Of a DNA stretch of 64,000 nucleotides, positions 19,118 through 27,847 are shown piece after piece; position 1 is the stretch's first letter; every line of letters begins with the position of its first letter. Position numbers and translations under genes: made by a program. Source of the DNA: a virus (lineage: Duplodnaviria; Caudoviricetes); IMG/VR virus record IMGVR_UViG_3300046522_000316, positions 1-64,000 of that record, one strand, 5' to 3'. Under the pieces are notes generated by a model. The model did not search any database, had not been told where the DNA came from, and saw only the letters and a program-made list of their open reading frames with translations.

Positions 19118-19836
19118 ACGTCACCCGCCGTTTGAAGAATGGAGATTTCTTCGTCAGTAACATTGCCGTCAGGATTAACCACGACAGCGTTGAAAGTGAC
19201 TTCCCCGCGATTGTTGATCTTGGAGATTTGTTTCTCGACGCCCGTCCACGTGTTGGAAGTACACGAAAAAGTCAGATCAAAACCTTCAGGGTCAACTTCG
19301 TTTTCTTTGTCGGCCCGTGGGATTGCGATTTCTTTTGTGTCCATCACAATATCAACAAAGCTACTGGCCTTGCCGCTGGTGATACGCACGTTGAGGGCCT
19401 TGGAATCAATGAGAATCAGGGCCTCCCCGATAAAGCGAATTGCGTCCACGTAATCGTTGGTGATGTAGTGGAATTCGTAACGGATTTGAATAGGGAAATA
19501 ATGCAGTCTGGTGATTTGGCTGTTGCTGCCATCCAGAACATCCCCGGTGCCGCGCCGACGAAGCGTAGGCGACAGCAAATGCGATTCAGTTTTTGCGATG
19601 CTGTTCACGCTCACGTATGCATACGGAAACGACGGCTCCATTTTGGAACGCAGAAGTTGCTTCACATCGTTGTTGTGAACGAACGGCAAATCTTGAAGCT
19701 TAAAATATCTTTTGAACGATGCGCGAATTGCAGCAAACGACGTAAACAAATGCGTCTGCTTGAAACTCTGATTGCCCAGTAGGTCACGACTTTTTAATGC
19801 GTCACGCAACTTTTCACGGGCTGGCGTATCAGTCAT
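19114..19836 (-). CDS. putative tail terminator / sheath stabiliser (T4 gp15-like)
   Basis: FPYAYVS...PIQIRYEFHYIT pattern; between head and sheath genes; GGAGG SD. Confidence 0.55.
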   Translation of the reverse strand: MTDTPAREKLRDALKSRDLLGNQSFKQTHLFTSFAAIRASFKRYFKLQDLPFVHNNDVKQLLRSKMEPSFPYAYVSVNSIAKTESHLLSPTLRRRGTGDVLDGSNSQITRLHYFPIQIRYEFHYITNDYVDAIRFIGEALILIDSKALNVRITSGKASSFVDIVMDTKEIAIPRADKENEVDPEGFDLTFSCTSNTWTGVEKQISKINNRGEVTFNAVVVNPDGNVTDEEISILQTAGDV

Positions 19837-19855
19837 TTTTTCTGCCTCCAAAAAC

Positions 19856-19891
19856 AAAAAAGGCCGTCGTGATTTCTCACAGCGGCCTTTT
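19856..19891 (-). terminator. intrinsic terminator
   Basis: AAGGCCG/CGGCCUU stem, GUGA-GAAA-UCAC cap, U tract. Confidence 0.75.
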
Positions 19892-19893
19892 CG

Positions 19894-20430
19894 TTACAGC
19901 GGTATCCTGATACGGCCCGGAATTAGCGGTTGCATCGCTTGGGCTGGCGCTCGAATTACCAACGATTCATCATCGTAGGGTTCAAGGTCAACCGAAGCAA
20001 AAGCCGATAGTTGTGGATCGAGGATTATTACTTCGCCCTCTTCCAAATACTGCTTTTGTGCGTAGACAGCGGACGCCATCGACATAATCTGCCGAAGCGC
20101 CACGCTATCAGTTCCATGCAACGATGGGTTGATGGAATTTTCCGAATTTGGAGCAGTACCGAATTTAGTAACGGTTGGACTTGTTTCTTCAACGTAATCG
20201 ACAAAACTGTCGAGTCCGTCAACTTGCCCTTCGTTACCACCTTCAGCAAGCGGAACCGTCGAGCATTGATTCTGTACCGGGGCGCAGGTCAATGCAGGAA
20301 GTAGCGAACTGTTCAGGATCGAAGAAAATTCATCGCAATTGCAAATCTGTTTAAGCACTTGCACTGCCAATTCGTCTCTTCCGTTTTTGCAACACAATGC
20401 CGCAAGTGAAAAAAGAGCCTGAATGTCCAT
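19894..20430 (-). CDS. hypothetical head-region protein
   Basis: 178 aa, GGAG SD, directly after MCP. Confidence 0.7.
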   Translation of the reverse strand: MDIQALFSLAALCCKNGRDELAVQVLKQICNCDEFSSILNSSLLPALTCAPVQNQCSTVPLAEGGNEGQVDGLDSFVDYVEETSPTVTKFGTAPNSENSINPSLHGTDSVALRQIMSMASAVYAQKQYLEEGEVIILDPQLSAFASVDLEPYDDESLVIRAPAQAMQPLIPGRIRIPL

Positions 20431-20510
20431 CTTTTAATCTCCAGAAGAATCTGACGCCGATCAAAACTTAAAGGGGCGCTCCTTTTTATTTTAATCGGCG
20501 CGGAGATTAA

Positions 20511-21620
20511 TTAACGAACCAGACGCTTACCTTTCACGACGGAACGGTTGTTGGCGAGAACGAACGAGAACGCTTCGGACAGCATCCAGCCTTTAGCGGT
20601 AGAACCTTCGTGCGCGTAGTCAACCGGACGGGATTGGATACCGCCGCGAGTCGAGTAGGCAGCGTGGTGTTCAGGGCTGGCAACAACGTAGATTTCGCCA
20701 CGTTCCAGAACCTTTTGGTTCGGTGCGCGGAAACCATCGGTCAGCAGTTGCAGACCAACCAGCGTACCCAGCTGGCCGTTCAGAGCCAAGTCGTACTTGG
20801 TGATCGGATCGAGCATGGTTGCGAAATCGTTCGAACCGATGATATCCGACCAGTAGTCGTTGGAAATGATCGCGGTAGTTGCTGGCAGATTCCAGTCGGT
20901 TACAGCGGTGCGCAGACGACCAAGGTTTTTGGTGGTCAGTTCGCCAGCGATGTATTCGATTGGGTTCATCATGCCAACGGTTGCGTCAGCAGCGATTTTC
21001 CACAGACGGTCTTCCTGAACCATCATGCTTTGCAGCGCGTCGTTGTAAGCGTGTTCCAGCAGATCGCCCGAAACCTGTTCCATGTCCAGCGCGTTTACGC
21101 GAACGTTGGCGATGATTTCGAATTCGGCAGGCAGGAATTGACGAGCGCGAATGTTCTGGTAGCCGACGCCAGCAGGGCCGGTGGCAACAACTGCCATCGA
21201 ATCATGCGGAGGCATTGGAACGCGTTGAACTTCGCCCTGACGCAGAGTGTTACCTTGCGAAAGTTTACGCAGGAAACCATCACGCTCGGATTGCTCGTAA
21301 ACCTGTTGCGCGATGTTCGCGCCCAGTGCTTGCCAGTTTTCGTCGGAAGCCATTGCTTCGCGCATGATTTCGCGACGTTGTTCGCGTTGTTCTTTGCTCG
21401 AAGCGGTGGCGATTTGTTGTTCAGGAACAACGATGCCCTTTTGCACGGCGTCCATCAGACGACCGATTTGTTGGGCGAGGTCTTTGCTGTCGGAGGCGTT
21501 GAATTCGCCAGTGGCGGAACTCAGAGCCAGCGAACCACCTTTCGAATAGCGCAGTTCGTCGAGCGGGGAACCGTCACGCAGAACCATCCGTGCGCCTTGA
21601 ATTTTGTTTGGGGTGAACAT
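20511..21620 (-). CDS. major capsid protein
   Basis: 369 aa; HK97-like organisation inferred from sequence pattern; strong codon bias; follows scaffold and decoration genes. Confidence 0.8.
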   Translation of the reverse strand: MFTPNKIQGARMVLRDGSPLDELRYSKGGSLALSSATGEFNASDSKDLAQQIGRLMDAVQKGIVVPEQQIATASSKEQREQRREIMREAMASDENWQALGANIAQQVYEQSERDGFLRKLSQGNTLRQGEVQRVPMPPHDSMAVVATGPAGVGYQNIRARQFLPAEFEIIANVRVNALDMEQVSGDLLEHAYNDALQSMMVQEDRLWKIAADATVGMMNPIEYIAGELTTKNLGRLRTAVTDWNLPATTAIISNDYWSDIIGSNDFATMLDPITKYDLALNGQLGTLVGLQLLTDGFRAPNQKVLERGEIYVVASPEHHAAYSTRGGIQSRPVDYAHEGSTAKGWMLSEAFSFVLANNRSVVKGKRLVR

Positions 21621-21657
21621 ATGTTATTTCTCCAAGAATTTTTCGAACGGTTCGCGA

Positions 21658-22398
21658 TTAAGCGTTGGTGATTTTGACGACCAGCGGGCCGTAGGAAGCT
21701 GCGTCTTGTACTGGGGTTTGCAGAACCAGAACAGTGTTCACGGTTTCGCCGGGGCCGGAAGTGGTGAACTTGCCGTCAACGCCCAGTTTCGGACGCAGAG
21801 CGGTAGACCAGTCGGCAGCGGCGTCGTAGAAAGTGGTAGCGACTTGTTCAGCGCGGGTCAGGACGGCAATGCGGCCCAGTTCCGAACTCGACAGGCCACC
21901 GATTGGCGCATCACCGCGAATGGTTTTGGCTTCGGAAACGGTCGGTTCGTACATGAATTGCACGAACAATTCTTTGCCGGTATCGCCCGGAACAGCGGCA
22001 GCGCCGCCATCAACAGCAGGAGTGCCGGTGAAGAAATACAGTTTGGTGCCGACGCTTTGCACTTTGCCATCGACTGGCGCAGCAGCGGAAATTTCCAGAG
22101 TTTCGCCGCCGACTTTAACCAGCATTTGGCCGTTCAGTGGCAGGCGACCGAGGTCAACAACGCCGCTTTCCGGAACGATGGTGTCTGCAACGATTTTCGG
22201 CAGGAACGAAGGCGGGGTATTACGGTTAACCGAAATACCGGCGAAGATTTCGCCAACAACGCCTTGCGAAGGACGTACATAAGTACGGCCATTTACTTTC
22301 GAGAAAACGAGCGCTTGGCCGTCTTCACGCAGGTCGAGGCCGGGTTCAACGTCGCGGAATTCGGTGTTGAATGCGCGAGTGTATTTATCAACGATCAT
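21658..22398 (-). CDS. putative capsid decoration/cement protein
   Basis: Directly upstream of MCP, beta-rich, high codon bias. Confidence 0.6.
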   Translation of the reverse strand: MIVDKYTRAFNTEFRDVEPGLDLREDGQALVFSKVNGRTYVRPSQGVVGEIFAGISVNRNTPPSFLPKIVADTIVPESGVVDLGRLPLNGQMLVKVGGETLEISAAAPVDGKVQSVGTKLYFFTGTPAVDGGAAAVPGDTGKELFVQFMYEPTVSEAKTIRGDAPIGGLSSSELGRIAVLTRAEQVATTFYDAAADWSTALRPKLGVDGKFTTSGPGETVNTVLVLQTPVQDAASYGPLVVKITNA

Positions 22399-22415
22399 TG
22401 GGAGTTTCTCCGTTA

Positions 22416-24353
22416 TCAGAACAGTTTCAAGCCGGTCAGCTTGGTTTTGAAATCATTTTGCGGTTGCTGTGCCGAAGCGGTTGCGACCACGTTTTCTTGT
22501 TGCACTTGCGCTGGAGTTTGCACCGGACGGCCCACCGAAATCGAAGACGCGGTAGCCACGTTTTTCGGTTCGATTTGAGTCACGGCGGTCGCCATCTGGT
22601 TTTGAACGACTTGATCGAAGTTCATGATTTCGCCAGCCTTCGCCAAAATCGACGCATGGTATTCAGGCGAATGATCAATGAACGCACGTTGCAGAAGTTC
22701 TTCAGCACCGGACAGGCCGATGGATTCCAGACTGGAAGCGAGCGCGGTCACAATCGGGTTGTTCAGGTCACGGAAATAACCGGTGTTAATACCGTGTGCA
22801 GCCGTCGCCAAAGCCGATTCGTAGCGGGTTGCGAGTTCCGATTTATCGCGTGCGGTTGCTTCAGCCAGCACGTTACCCTGTTCGGTAACTTGCGATTTGA
22901 TTTGTTCCGCAACAACCTGTTCGATTTGCAGAACTGGTTTGATTTCTTCGAAACGCAGTTGTTGCAGTGCAGCAGGCACGCCCTGTTCGCTGGCAATTGC
23001 TTTGAAAGCACGGCCAATTGCTGGATCAGCAAAAGTAGCCGGATTTTCCGAAGCAGAAGCGATTGCTTTTGCGAAAGGAATACCGTTATGGAATGCCATC
23101 CACGTAGGTTCGCCTTGGACGTTACCTACATAATTAACATCAACAGTATTTTCCTTCATGTCCGAAGACGCGATGGAAACGAAAGATGCGGTTACTTCAA
23201 CCGGCGCCACAACTTCAGGCGTAGCGGCCACAACAGGTGCGGCGGCAGCGGCTGGTTGTTCAGCGTTGGTTTCTGCGTTGGTTTCAGCATTTGCAACGGC
23301 GGCATTTTGCTCGGCCAATTGCTCAGCTTCGGTTTTCGCGCTTGCGGTAGCCATTTCAGGTTTTACCTTTTTACGAACGCCGCCTTTTTTCTTGCCTTTC
23401 GAAGCAGCGAGGCCCAAAGAAAGATCGTCGTCATCGTCTTCTTCCTCTTCCTCTTCTTCCTCTTCTTCCTCGTCGTCCGTTTCTTCTTCCTCTTCCTCTT
23501 CTTCCTCGAATTCTTCGTCGTCGTCGTCTTCCTCTTCTTCCTCTTCTTCGTCATCCGAAGCTTTGGCAAGGAAATCGGCGCTCGCAGTAGCTTTTTGCTC
23601 TGCGCTCATTTCGTCTTCCGGATCAACCAGACCCATGTTGGTCACGGGGCAGAAAATCGGAGATTGGTTGCTGGCGACAATGTGCATTTCCGGGCCTTCG
23701 TCAGAAGCAGTAACCAGATAATGCACTTTCATTTTGCCGTCTTCGGTGGCAGCGGATGCCACGGCGAGTTGTGGCACATAACCTTCAACTTTTTCAGCTT
23801 CGATATTCTTGTAAATGTCGAAGTTGATTGGTTGGTTGGAAATGACCATAACGTCATCGCATTTCGCGGCAAAAGTTTCGCCTTCGCCGGATGCCAGAGC
23901 GCGGAATGCTTCAACAGCAGAAACGCGGTCGGTTGCTACGGCGAGCAGCAATTCTTTTGGTTGGTTGTTCTTTTTCAAGTCAGCGTCTTCCATTTGGGGG
24001 AGGTCGGAAGCGCAAGCCGGGCATTTATCCAACAGTTCGAGACTGTCGGTGATAACGTGTGCGCCGCAACCGCTGGAGCAGGCTTGATAGAACGCGTCCA
24101 TATCCTCTTCAGCATTCGAGGCTACGGCCACCATTTCATGCTTTTCGTCTTCCGGAACGGCAACCATTTCTTCACCGTTCAACGGGTTCAGAAGTTGCAA
24201 ATCGGATTGGGCGGTAGCAATGGCGAACGCGCCATCTTTACTTTCCAAAACGCGATAAGTACCCGAAGCGACAGCGCTGAAAAGTTCCACTGCTTGCTCT
24301 TGGTTATCAGCCATAACGACGATGCCGCGCAGGCGCGAATTTCGTTTCGACAT
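22416..24353 (-). CDS. putative scaffolding / prohead core protein
   Basis: 645 aa, poly-D/E tract, Ala-rich helical C-terminus, CxxC motifs, many AxAS motifs. Confidence 0.6.
   Translation of the reverse strand: MSKRNSRLRGIVVMADNQEQAVELFSAVASGTYRVLESKDGAFAIATAQSDLQLLNPLNGEEMVAVPEDEKHEMVAVASNAEEDMDAFYQACSSGCGAHVITDSLELLDKCPACASDLPQMEDADLKKNNQPKELLLAVATDRVSAVEAFRALASGEGETFAAKCDDVMVISNQPINFDIYKNIEAEKVEGYVPQLAVASAATEDGKMKVHYLVTASDEGPEMHIVASNQSPIFCPVTNMGLVDPEDEMSAEQKATASADFLAKASDDEEEEEEEDDDDEEFEEEEEEEEETDDEEEEEEEEEEEDDDDDLSLGLAASKGKKKGGVRKKVKPEMATASAKTEAEQLAEQNAAVANAETNAETNAEQPAAAAAPVVAATPEVVAPVEVTASFVSIASSDMKENTVDVNYVGNVQGEPTWMAFHNGIPFAKAIASASENPATFADPAIGRAFKAIASEQGVPAALQQLRFEEIKPVLQIEQVVAEQIKSQVTEQGNVLAEATARDKSELATRYESALATAAHGINTGYFRDLNNPIVTALASSLESIGLSGAEELLQRAFIDHSPEYHASILAKAGEIMNFDQVVQNQMATAVTQIEPKNVATASSISVGRPVQTPAQVQQENVVATASAQQPQNDFKTKLTGLKLF
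23420..23555. repeat. low-complexity GAA/GAG/GAC codon tract (poly-Glu/Asp)
   Basis: Encodes DDEEEEEEEDDDDEEFEEEEEEEEETDDEEEEEEEEEEEDDDDD. Confidence 0.9.
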
Positions 24354-24422
24354 GGTTCACTCCATTTAAGAGTTTGTGGGTTTTTATACCTCACGTTTAA
24401 AAATTACAAAGTTCAGAAAACT

Positions 24423-24785
24423 TCAGAGTAGTTTCAACAGCAGCCCACGAACCTTACGGCAAATCGCTTGCACAGAATCGTGCGCGGTAAACCCTTCGTA
24501 TTTCGTGTGTTCGCCATTAATATCCGTTTCACCCTCGTAATGCCAATTCGTTTCTTCAAGGGTGAATTGAATGCTACCCGTACCCATATCAGAAACAAAA
24601 TCAACGCGAGCGCTGTGATGCGGTTTACCGTTGCCTACGTGATCGTACTTGATATCGCATTTAATCAGACCCTTTCGGATTTCCTGAATGTTGTGCAATT
24701 GGTGTTTCAAGCTGCGAAGATCGAAGGTTTTCGGCTGGTGCATATCAGACAATGGCGAGGCTGCTAACGCGATAAATACTTCCAT
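24423..24785 (-). CDS. hypothetical, possible internal head protein
   Basis: 120 aa, N-terminus MEVFIALAAS, AAGGAG SD, GTAATTTAA upstream. Confidence 0.7.
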   Translation of the reverse strand: MEVFIALAASPLSDMHQPKTFDLRSLKHQLHNIQEIRKGLIKCDIKYDHVGNGKPHHSARVDFVSDMGTGSIQFTLEETNWHYEGETDINGEHTKYEGFTAHDSVQAICRKVRGLLLKLL

Positions 24786-24810
24786 TAGCAGGCTCCTTGA
24801 TGCTACATGT

Positions 24811-24819
24811 TTAAATTAC
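24811..24819 (-). promoter_or_regulatory. candidate late promoter GTAATTTAA
   Basis: Intergenic, about 26 nt before start 24785. Confidence 0.55.
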
Positions 24820-24839
24820 CCCGAACAGAAATTTTGGAC

Positions 24840-24877
24840 AAAAAAAAGCCCACACAGGCGGGGGAACCTGAGTGGGC
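24840..24877 (-). terminator. intrinsic terminator
   Basis: GCCCAC/GUGGGC and CAGG/CCUG stems followed by long U tract. Confidence 0.75.
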
Positions 24878-24946
24878 TAAATGCTGTGACATAAAGAGAT
24901 ACAACAAGCCTACCCTCGTAGACTATTAATAAATTAGTGACGTTTT

Positions 24947-25207
24947 TCAGATGTGTTTCAATGCGTATTCAAACGATTCCATTACCGCCAATTCCTGCAC
25001 GGTTACTTCGCCTTTCGAACGCCGAGGGTTTCCACACATCACGCAGTTTGATTGACCGCAATTGAATGCATTCCGTTTATTCCATTTGTTCGATGGTTTA
25101 ATCGCTGCATCACGTTGCGGGTAATGGTTCCAATCAGTTACACGTTTCTTAATCACGCGTGCATCATGGAACCGCTGCAATTGTTTCTGTTCTTTGTTTG
25201 AAGACAT
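24947..25207 (-). CDS. small basic Cys-motif (putative Zn-binding) protein
   Basis: C-x4-C-x2-CGNPR motif, K/R-rich, 86 aa. Confidence 0.7.
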   Translation of the reverse strand: MSSNKEQKQLQRFHDARVIKKRVTDWNHYPQRDAAIKPSNKWNKRNAFNCGQSNCVMCGNPRRSKGEVTVQELAVMESFEYALKHI

Positions 25208-25214
25208 TCGTTTA

Positions 25215-25262
25215 ATCTACATTCGGCCCACCCCGGAATGGAATGGGCTATCGCATGTAGAT
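25215..25262 (-). promoter_or_regulatory. structured 5' leader hairpin
   Basis: AUCUACAU/AUGUAGAU outer stem; GCCCAUUCC/GGGGUGGGC inner stem (G-U pairs only on minus strand); ends 7 nt before ATG 25207. Confidence 0.5.
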
Positions 25263-25272
25263 CATTGAATGA

Positions 25273-25368
25273 TTACCAGCCGGTTGACCAATCATCACGA
25301 TCATCATCCTTTGGCGGATCTTGATTTTTCGTTTTGGAATCACGCGGTGTTTCTTCGTAGGTTTTCAT
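25273..25368 (-). CDS. 31-aa small ORF
   Basis: ATG abuts TAA of 25369 gene; MKTYEETPRDSKTKNQDPPKDDDRDDWSTGW. Confidence 0.4.
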   Translation of the reverse strand: MKTYEETPRDSKTKNQDPPKDDDRDDWSTGW

Positions 25369-26187
25369 TTAAACAGCTTTCGGATCGAGAATAATATCCC
25401 CGATTGCGGAAACATAAGACGGATCACCGAATCCCTGTTTGTAACCGTCTTGGCCGTGACGACCACCGACGTTTTCCAGCAGCGACAATTCAAACCCGGT
25501 GATATTCATGCAACGACGATAAGCCAAACGACCATCAGTCAATTGATACGTCGGTTTGCCGGGGCGCGTATGGGAACACGGACTGCCAATCCCTTTACCG
25601 GCGATATGCCCGCAAATAGAACAGGCATACGCGCTGTACATCATGCCCATGGAATACGTGTTCAATTCGCGTTTTAAAACACGCGCACAACGAACCTGAT
25701 CACGCGTGCGGTCGAGTGCCGCCAGCATTACCAGTTTCTGAATGTTTTTGAACTTCGTCGGGCGCATAAACGTACCGAAAATCAGACCACGAACCCATTC
25801 AGGTTTGTGCTGGTGTTCGATATACATCGGTCGGCCTTCCCACGTTTTGTAAGCCATGCGTGCGCACGGTTCATTCCACGCGGTGAATTGTTTCAGGTCT
25901 ACGGAATCCCCGTTGGTATTGGGAATGCGCGTAACCATTGCAGGCACAGTGACCAGAATGTAATCGTTAATATTGCGCGAAAGATTGTGATATTCCGCAG
26001 CACGTTGCAACCACGTATTCGCTTCCAGTGTTTCCGCTTCACCAGTGCCCGAAATGGCAGCGCTGATTGGCAATTGGCCGGATTCGTTCAGGCGTGCGCC
26101 GTTGAGTTCAACCGTAGAAATAGGCGTGCCGAGATTAAACCCGACCGCCATATTCCCAAGATCATTTCCGTATTGATCAACAATCAT
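25369..26187 (-). CDS. putative prohead maturation protease
   Basis: IEHQH (His) and YSMG (Ser) spacing as in HK97/herpes-type proteases; CSICG...C..H; in head module. Confidence 0.55.
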   Translation of the reverse strand: MIVDQYGNDLGNMAVGFNLGTPISTVELNGARLNESGQLPISAAISGTGEAETLEANTWLQRAAEYHNLSRNINDYILVTVPAMVTRIPNTNGDSVDLKQFTAWNEPCARMAYKTWEGRPMYIEHQHKPEWVRGLIFGTFMRPTKFKNIQKLVMLAALDRTRDQVRCARVLKRELNTYSMGMMYSAYACSICGHIAGKGIGSPCSHTRPGKPTYQLTDGRLAYRRCMNITGFELSLLENVGGRHGQDGYKQGFGDPSYVSAIGDIILDPKAV

Positions 26188-26519
26188 TGTTTGCCTCCAG
26201 TGTAATGATCACGCACCCACTGGCGGGCGTCTGCGATTGCCAGTTTATTCGGATTATTCAGACTCAATAATCCTTCGTCACTTTGCGTCACATGCACGTT
26301 TGGATTTTCTTCATCCAGTTCATGATCATGGTCGAAAGGATCGAATTGTTTGTGGTGGATTTTTGCAGTCCACATTGCGGTTTGGTGCGAACGGTTTGCG
26401 CTTTCGTCGGGCACAGAGGCAAGGGTTGCAATGCGTTTATCGCCATCGCAAACCCAAACCGTGGTGCGCTCATGCATGGGCAAATGACGTTCGTCAGGAT
26501 CACTCAAAAACGTGAGCAT
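26184..26519 (-). CDS. hypothetical protein
   Basis: 111 aa, GGAGG SD. Confidence 0.7.
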   Translation of the reverse strand: MLTFLSDPDERHLPMHERTTVWVCDGDKRIATLASVPDESANRSHQTAMWTAKIHHKQFDPFDHDHELDEENPNVHVTQSDEGLLSLNNPNKLAIADARQWVRDHYTGGKQ

Positions 26520-26527
26520 ATTGCCTC

Positions 26528-27847
26528 CTAAAGAACGGAACGGTAATCGAAATCGCCGTCGTAACGAATGTAGAAATTGTTATCGAATTTGCCCAACGTT
26601 GCACGGCCTTTACCATTGTCGAAATGGTACGCAACCTGATCACCATCCTCGGTGGCGCTGACCATGTAACCCATGCGTTTGAAAAGCTTTTCCAGCGTCG
26701 GATAACCGCCGTCACAACTGAACGAAACGCCGTCGCCTTGCGGTGTGTAATCGCGGCAATGTGCGTAGCTCAGCAGGTAACGCAATTCGGCAAATTCCGG
26801 TTTCAACGCAGAGGCCGAAGCGCCAGCAAATACTTCGTCGCGTTGTTCTTGGAAATCTTTCACCGAATGGTATTTCAGCATATCCGTCACATGATCCAGA
26901 ATCAGGCCGATGGTTTCAGCATCAGACATTTCCGTGGATTTGTTCGGAGTAAATACCGAAGACGCAGCGGCTTTGAAATCTTCGCTGTTCTTCTTCGCAC
27001 GTTTTTCGGCTTCTTTCTTTTTCTTCGCGAGAGCAGCCAAATCATCCTGCGTAGTTTTACGCTTCTGAGTCAACGGTTCATCATCGTCAACATCGGCGCC
27101 ATTTGCTTTACGTTCTGCACGACGTTTCTTTTCACGCGCAGCACGCAATTCATCAATGTCATCGCGCAGGTTTTTACCGTGCTTGGAACCGGCCCACACG
27201 TTGAACAAAGTAGCACCCAGCAGCACGCCCAAAGGCGCAGCAGCCATACCCGCAGCCAACACACCAGCACCCAACAGGGCCATGGTTGCAACGCCACCTA
27301 AAACGCGGTGCATTGCGTGTTTCTGCGTGGTACTCATATCGTCCGGATGTTGTTCACCCGAAACCAAATCACGCACGGCCCCAAGGCCTTTGTTGTACAT
27401 GTTCGGCAGTTTCTTTTGCTGTTCGCGAACGACTGCAACGATATCCTTTTTGTTCTTCTGAATGTTGTCAGAAGCTTCGCGAAGGTGTTCGTCTTTTACG
27501 CTGTCGAGCGCTTGCAAAGAACTTGGATTGATTACCGCGACATTCGATTTGTTGAAATCGGAAATATCTTTGCGGGTTGCGATTCGCTGACGTTGCTTTT
27601 GAATTTCGTCTTCGTCTTTGAATCGCTTAGCGCCCGTTGGTGCAGGCGCTTTCTTTTCGATGTTGTCCGGATCTTCCTTTCCGGTCATGAGGAAACGGTG
27701 GCTCGAATGCGGATAAAGTTTAATGTAACGCTCTTTTCCGCTCTTCGAAAGTTTTAGAAACTCACCCTTGCTCAGGCGTTTCTGCCACGTCGCCATTTCC
27801 TTCACGTGCGATTCGTCCTTGAACGCCCACGCTAGAGCAATAATCAT
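26528..27847 (-). CDS. hypothetical protein with central hydrophobic hairpin, possible internal/ejection protein
   Basis: 439 aa; VLGGVATMALLGAGVLAAGMAAAPLGVLLGATLF; N-terminus MIIALAWA. Confidence 0.65.
   Translation of the reverse strand: MIIALAWAFKDESHVKEMATWQKRLSKGEFLKLSKSGKERYIKLYPHSSHRFLMTGKEDPDNIEKKAPAPTGAKRFKDEDEIQKQRQRIATRKDISDFNKSNVAVINPSSLQALDSVKDEHLREASDNIQKNKKDIVAVVREQQKKLPNMYNKGLGAVRDLVSGEQHPDDMSTTQKHAMHRVLGGVATMALLGAGVLAAGMAAAPLGVLLGATLFNVWAGSKHGKNLRDDIDELRAAREKKRRAERKANGADVDDDEPLTQKRKTTQDDLAALAKKKKEAEKRAKKNSEDFKAAASSVFTPNKSTEMSDAETIGLILDHVTDMLKYHSVKDFQEQRDEVFAGASASALKPEFAELRYLLSYAHCRDYTPQGDGVSFSCDGGYPTLEKLFKRMGYMVSATEDGDQVAYHFDNGKGRATLGKFDNNFYIRYDGDFDYRSVL

Noticed and set aside
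23420-23555. Triplet-like repeat as array or VNTR system
   Set aside because: Just the poly-Glu/Asp tract of the scaffold, with mixed codons.
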